From NCBI RefSeq assembly GCF_032191835.1, contig NC_083243.1:168020001-168084000 (forward strand): a stretch of 64,000 nucleotides of DNA, in the 5' to 3' direction. This DNA is from Heteronotia binoei (taxonomy: Eukaryota). The position numbers were made by a program, and so were the translations under genes. The notes under the pieces were generated by a model that had not been told where the DNA came from, did not search any database, and was given only the letters and a program-made list of their open reading frames with translations. This document shows, piece by piece, positions 58,901 to 64,000 of this stretch. Each line of letters opens with the position of its first letter. Position 1 is the stretch's first letter.

Positions 58901-60032
58901 AAATCTGCCATCTATGAAGAGTTCCACTTAGGCTGATCAACATTGGCTTGGGAAACTCCTGGAGATCAGGGGGAGGGGGGTGGCTAGGAAAGGCAGAGTG
59001 TAGGGAGGGGAGGGAGCTCCATGAGGATGTAACATCAGAGTCCACCCTCTGAAGCTGCTGTTTCCTCTATGGAAACGGATCTCTGTAGTTCAGAGGTCAG
59101 TTATAATTTCAAGAGAACTCCAGCCACCACCTGGAGGTTGGTAACCCCACCAGTTCAGAACCTTATGAGAAGGAAGGTTGACAGCTGACCTGTTCCAGTG
59201 TGTGAAGCAGCTTAGTTTAGTGTCTGTACAGTGAAAATTGAACATGAATTGATAAATGGGGGATTGTAGAGTCATTGTCTGATTGATATGGGGTGCATTC
59301 ACGTACACTAAATAATGCGTTTTGCAACTGGATTTTTCCTGTGTAAGAATAGCAAAAATCCACTTGCAAAACACTTTATTTAGCATAGTCTGAACACACA
59401 CAAATTTTATGTTATTATTAACTGGTTTGCTAACACCTCTAGCGTAGATTTACTGTGCCATATGAAGCAAGGCTGCAATCTTCTGAACCCATTTAGCTGA
59501 ATAGTCTTAAGGTTGCCAACGTCCAGGTGGGGCCTGGAGTTCTTTTGGAATTACAGCTGATCTCCAGACTGCAGAGACCAGATCCCTGAGAGAAATGGCA
59601 GTTTCTGAAAGTGGACTTTACAGCACCACATCTCTGTGGAGCCCTCTCCCCAAACTCCACCCTCCCTAGGCTCTGCCCCAAAGCTTCAGGAATTCCCTGA
59701 GACAAAGCTGGCAACGCTGCTTTGGATGGCAGTTACAATAACGTTTTGAAACATCTGGTTTTAAAACAACTAAGTTACAATGCTTGTTAATCCAGGCATC
59801 TGTTCTTTTATGTTCAAATCCTCACAAAGAAGTTTTGAATACCCATTTGGGGAAGTATTATAAACAAAATACTGTATAGGCTAAACATTCTCCACAGGGC
59901 TGCACCACAGTTCAGGGGAGAAATTCCTCCTAGAGGGTCATTATCCAAAGCTTATTGAGTAAACAGTTCAGCTCCGTATCTGGCAAGATACTGAGCTGCC
60001 TGCAAAGGAGCCTGCCTGAGGAATGACACTGC

Positions 60033-60170
60033 TGTGGTTGTCACATACAAATAGGCCCTGCCTGACAGAAATAACTGCCTTTGTTTCAATAAATAGCCTC
60101 CCACTTCCTGAGTTTGTCTGTCTTTTTGGTCCCTTCTATATTTATTCTCTTGTTATCTCTGCCTGTGGTC
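60033..60170. promoter_or_regulatory. Candidate T-cell enhancer ~4.3 kb upstream of CD5
   Basis: RUNX 60033-60039, TCF/LEF CTTTGTT 60079-60085, ETS ACTTCCTG 60103-60110, GATA TTATCT 60153-60158 and RUNX TGTGGTC 60164-60170, in apparently non-repeat DNA. Confidence 0.45.
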
Positions 60171-62840
60171 TCAGTTTAAGGTGAACAAAGTTTTCTGCTC
60201 ACTGACAGGAAATTTGCAGGCAACATTCTGCTGGTGCGGTTTACCTTTGCGCAGTACTGTGCAGAATTTAGTAAAGGCTCCCATGCACAGTAGAGTCTCT
60301 CACCAGGAGGGCGAGGCTGAAATGCAAGCAGGAAAATCAAAACTGTTATCAGCACCAAGCCACGTGCAAAGCATAGGCCACTGCAGCGACTGATGCACCA
60401 GCTGGGGTAGTTTCATCTTGATAATAACATCGTAAGCACTGCTGTTCAGCATCTTGAAAGGTCACCAAAGCATTGCTGCTGACATCCTTTTCAAGCTATT
60501 GTTGCTCAGAAGCAATCAAAGCTCCTACCCCTCAGAGCTAATCTCAAAGAAGATAAGTCTCAGACAGTGGAGAATCATGAAACCCTCTCAATAGCTGAAG
60601 ATGCTTGAAGATCATATTTAATTTACCAGGCCTAATCTTATTCATCTGTCTGTGTAACACAGATACTGGTGCCACTTTGGAGGTACTTCTCCTGCAGTTC
60701 CAAGACACAGAAGCTAGTGAGACTTGGGCCCGCTGATGGTTCATTTGGGAAAACATTTTTCCAAGATATACTACCCAGAAAATTCACTGCCTGAGGCGGA
60801 GCACACTAAAGCAGGACAATGCAGGATTGCATGGAATTAAACCAAGTAGTAGAATAGCTGTACAGGGCCTGACTATAAAATGGGCCCACCAATGTGCCAC
60901 AAACCACTTTACTTGACAAGTTCTATTCTTAGGCAGTTTGAGTATGTCATTTGTTTTCAGGGATGTGGGGGGGTGACACTTGGGTTTTGGGCAAAAACCA
61001 GAGCATTGCCCCAGTGTTCCCAATATGCTTTGGGGTCACAGTTGAAGTCATGTGGGCTCATCACTGACATGTGCAAAGAAGCTCCCAGCTCCTGGTAAGC
61101 TCACCCCCTCATCCCCTGCTAGCTGCCAGGAGGGACCTGGAAACCTTAGGCTAAGGCCTTCCCTTGATGCAGTACAGCGGCAGTCCTTTCTGAGGCCAGT
61201 TGACAGAGAGACACAGAAGAGTGGGATATGTGTCTCTCTCTGAGATAAGACTGCTTTTGGGAGTTTGTTCAACATTCTTGGACCTTAGTAAGCAGGGGAG
61301 TCAGCCAGTGGGAGGCGAAAGACTCTGACTGAGCTGTGATCAGGCAATGCCTTGCTGTCTTCCCACCCACCTAAGTGAAGGCATTAATTCCCCCTCCCTG
61401 CACATACCTCAAGGGGAGGTGACCTGGAGTTGGCAACCCGGCAGCCTCTACATGGGAAAAGGACAGTCTTTCTTCATGGTGGGGCAAGCACCTGGAGGTT
61501 GGCAACAGTGGTTCCCTGGGAGGAAATGGCTGGTAGCATCAAGCAGCTGACACTGTGAGGAAAGCCACTGCAAGAATCCCTTTTGCTCCCTCTGAAGTGG
61601 CCCCTCCCTGCTGAGAACAAACATTCCTTGTCAGTTGAAGAGATGTTAACTTCTACTGTTTGTATGGATTAAAGAGAGGAAGGCAGACAGACAAAATGAA
61701 ATTAAAAAAACTGAAAGACAGAGATACAGAGAAAGAATGAGAGAAAGAACAGAAGGGGGAGGTAGAAAAAAGAGGAGGAGAAAGGAGTGAAAGAAAAATG
61801 AGAGGAAGGAAGATAGGGCCCTGAGGGGAGGCAATAGAGATCAGTAAGCTCCCAGCAGAGAACTGTCTCCCTCAGACATCTGATTGTGTTCTTGCCTGAC
61901 AGGGCTGGCAGTGGGCGGGGAAGGGCATAGGGTGGGGGGACAGGCCAGTGAGCCTATGTGAGGCCAGAGGGGTTGATGGACACGTGACAGGTCAGTGGCT
62001 CATGGAGTGTAGGCTTAGCCAGTGAGGGACCTGGATTTGGTTTCACCAGAGGACTTTTAGGCTTTTATTATAAAGGACTAGGAGTAAGGCCCGTTGCGGA
62101 GGCAATGGATAGCTGAAGTTGTGAAGAAAAATACAATGGGCTCTAGAAGGAGGCTCTGGGTGAGTGCCTACCTTGCTGTCTTCCCACCCACCCAAGTGAA
62201 GGCATTGACCCACCCCCCCCCCCAACACACACACACCTCGAGGGAGCTAATGTCTGTCATCTAGAGAACAGTTGTAAATCTGAGTGATCTCCAGTGCCTC
62301 CCCAGAAGGAAATGGCATTGTATCTGTCTGAGGTCCTATCCTTTCTCAAACCCCATCCTCTCCAGGCCCCACCCCTAACCTGGAGTTGGCTACCCTACTA
62401 CACAGTCAGCTTCCACAGCAAGAACCTGGGTCTGGCAGATCCCACTCTGAAGCCCTAACTTGTATGTCCTCCTCAAATTCCACCACAGAATCTCCAAGAA
62501 TTTCCCACCAACTTGGAAAGGTACCACTAAAGGCCTCTGGGCGAGTGCCCCCCAACCCTGCTGTCTTCTCACCCACCCAAGTGAAAGCATTCACTCCCCA
62601 CCCACCTCAAGGGGAACTGATCTCTGCCATCTATTTGGATAGCAGTTGTAATTCTGAGTGATCTCCAGCCCTCACCTTGAGATTGGCAGCAGTGGTTCCC
62701 CATAGGGTTGCCAAATCCAATTCAATATCTGGGGACTTTGTGGGTAGAGCCAGGAGACTTTGGGGGTGGAGCCAGGAACAAGGGTGTGACAAGCATAATT
62801 GAACTCCAAGGAAGTTCTGGCCATCACATTTAAAGGGACA

Positions 62841-63473
62841 GCGGTGGCTAAAAAGGCAAATGCAATTTTGGGCTTATCAACAGAAGTATAGTGTCCAGAT
62901 CACGTGATGTGATGGTATTGCTTTACTCTGCTCTGGTAAGACCTCACCTGGAGTTTTGTGTTGAGTTTTGGGCGCCTCATTTTAAAAAGGATATAGACAA
63001 GCTGGAACACGTCCAGAGGAGGGTGATGAAGATGGTGAGGGGTCTGGAGACCAAGTCCTATAAGGAAAGGTTGAAGGAGCTGGGGATGTTTAGCCTGGAG
63101 AGGAGGCGGCTGAGAGATGATATGATCACCATCTTCAAGCACTTGAAGGGCTGTCATATAGAGGATGGTGTAGAATTGTTTTCTGTGGCCCTGGAAGGTA
63201 GGACCAGAACCAATGGGTTGAAATTAAATCAAAAGAATTTCCAGTTCAACATTAGGAAGAACGTCCTGACAGTTAGAGCGATTCCTCAGTGGAACAGGCT
63301 TCCTTGGGAGGTAGTGGGCTCTCCTTCCTTGGAGGTTTTTAAACAGGCTAGATGGCCATCTGACAGCAATGAAGATCCTGTGAATTTGGGGTAGGTATTT
63401 GTGGGTTTCCTGCATTGTGCAGGGGGTTGGACTAGATGACCCTGGAGGTCCCTTCCAACTCTATGATTCTATG
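62841..63473 (+). mobile_element. CR1 3' fragment of a second subfamily (ATTCTATG tail), preceded by a TAGGGTTGCCA MITE end at 62703
   Basis: ORF 62891-63394 LYSALVRPHLEFCVEFWAPHFKKDIDKLE; ends ctctatgattctatg. Confidence 0.88.
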
Positions 63474-64000
63474 TGCTGGATATCAATTATTACTCTAGAG
63501 AGTCCAAAGATACAACTGAAAACTTTTGCAGATCACAATTACCTTACAATATCAAGTGTCCTGCAACACTCTAGATCGGCTGGATTTATTTATTTATTGG
63601 ATTTATATCCTGTTCTCCCCACCCAAGCAGGCTCAAGGTGGCTCATAACAATCAAGACATGGATGGATGAAAAAAATAGCAACCTTTCCTAGATCTCAGT
63701 TGAGAGGTCTGTATCTCCTGATATATGCTACAAGAGCATCCTACTGCCAGGAAGGTTACCAAATCTCTTTCCCACCCCCTTTGGCTCAGGTCTGCCAATG
63801 TAGTGATTACCCAATTAGAGCTTACCAACACTGGTTAATATGCATATTGACACCTAGACTCTGGTGGGAGATATGTGCAGAGTAGCCCATTGGCTCTAAC
63901 TAGCTAAAGTAAGATATCAGCATGCATAAACAAACAATTAATTATCTAATGACTTCAGGAAGTGAAGATGGCAAAACCCAACAGATACCTCCACAATAAG

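Noticed and set aside
61660-61820. Purine-rich stretch (and pyrimidine-rich 28330-28500) giving hydrophobic ORFs
   Set aside because: Low-complexity DNA; the ORFs are compositional artefacts.
56000-64000. CD6 3' exons expected from synteny
   Set aside because: No CD6-like coding motifs seen; CD6 probably lies beyond the window.

Overview
Eukaryotic genomic DNA from a squamate reptile, probably a gecko (inferred from the SINE, CR1, L2 and hAT repeat families; species not determinable). Two convergent, spliced protein-coding genes can be rebuilt exon by exon. VPS37C (+): CpG promoter ~5.2-6.1 kb, 4 coding exons 9186-18826, 367 aa. CD5 (-): 8 coding exons 55808-26753, 376 aa. This tail-to-tail arrangement matches the human CD5-VPS37C synteny. 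The rest is mostly transposons: CR1 and L2 LINEs (one L2 with a stop-free 779-codon ORF2 fragment), tRNA- and 5S-derived SINEs, hAT MITEs with 8-bp TSDs, a solo LTR, Penelope-like termini, a candidate Harbinger-type element, and two satellites. Best leads: (1) this CD5 appears to have only two SRCR domains, with a relocated cysteine in domain 1; (2) minimal hammerhead-ribozyme motifs in Penelope-like termini, including a head-to-head pair between the two gene 3' ends; (3) a ~600-bp palindrome with a permuted end just before VPS37C exon 2; (4) a compact RUNX/TCF/ETS/GATA cluster upstream of CD5. No CRISPR array, true tRNA gene or rRNA gene was found. All alignments were done by eye and no database searches were run.
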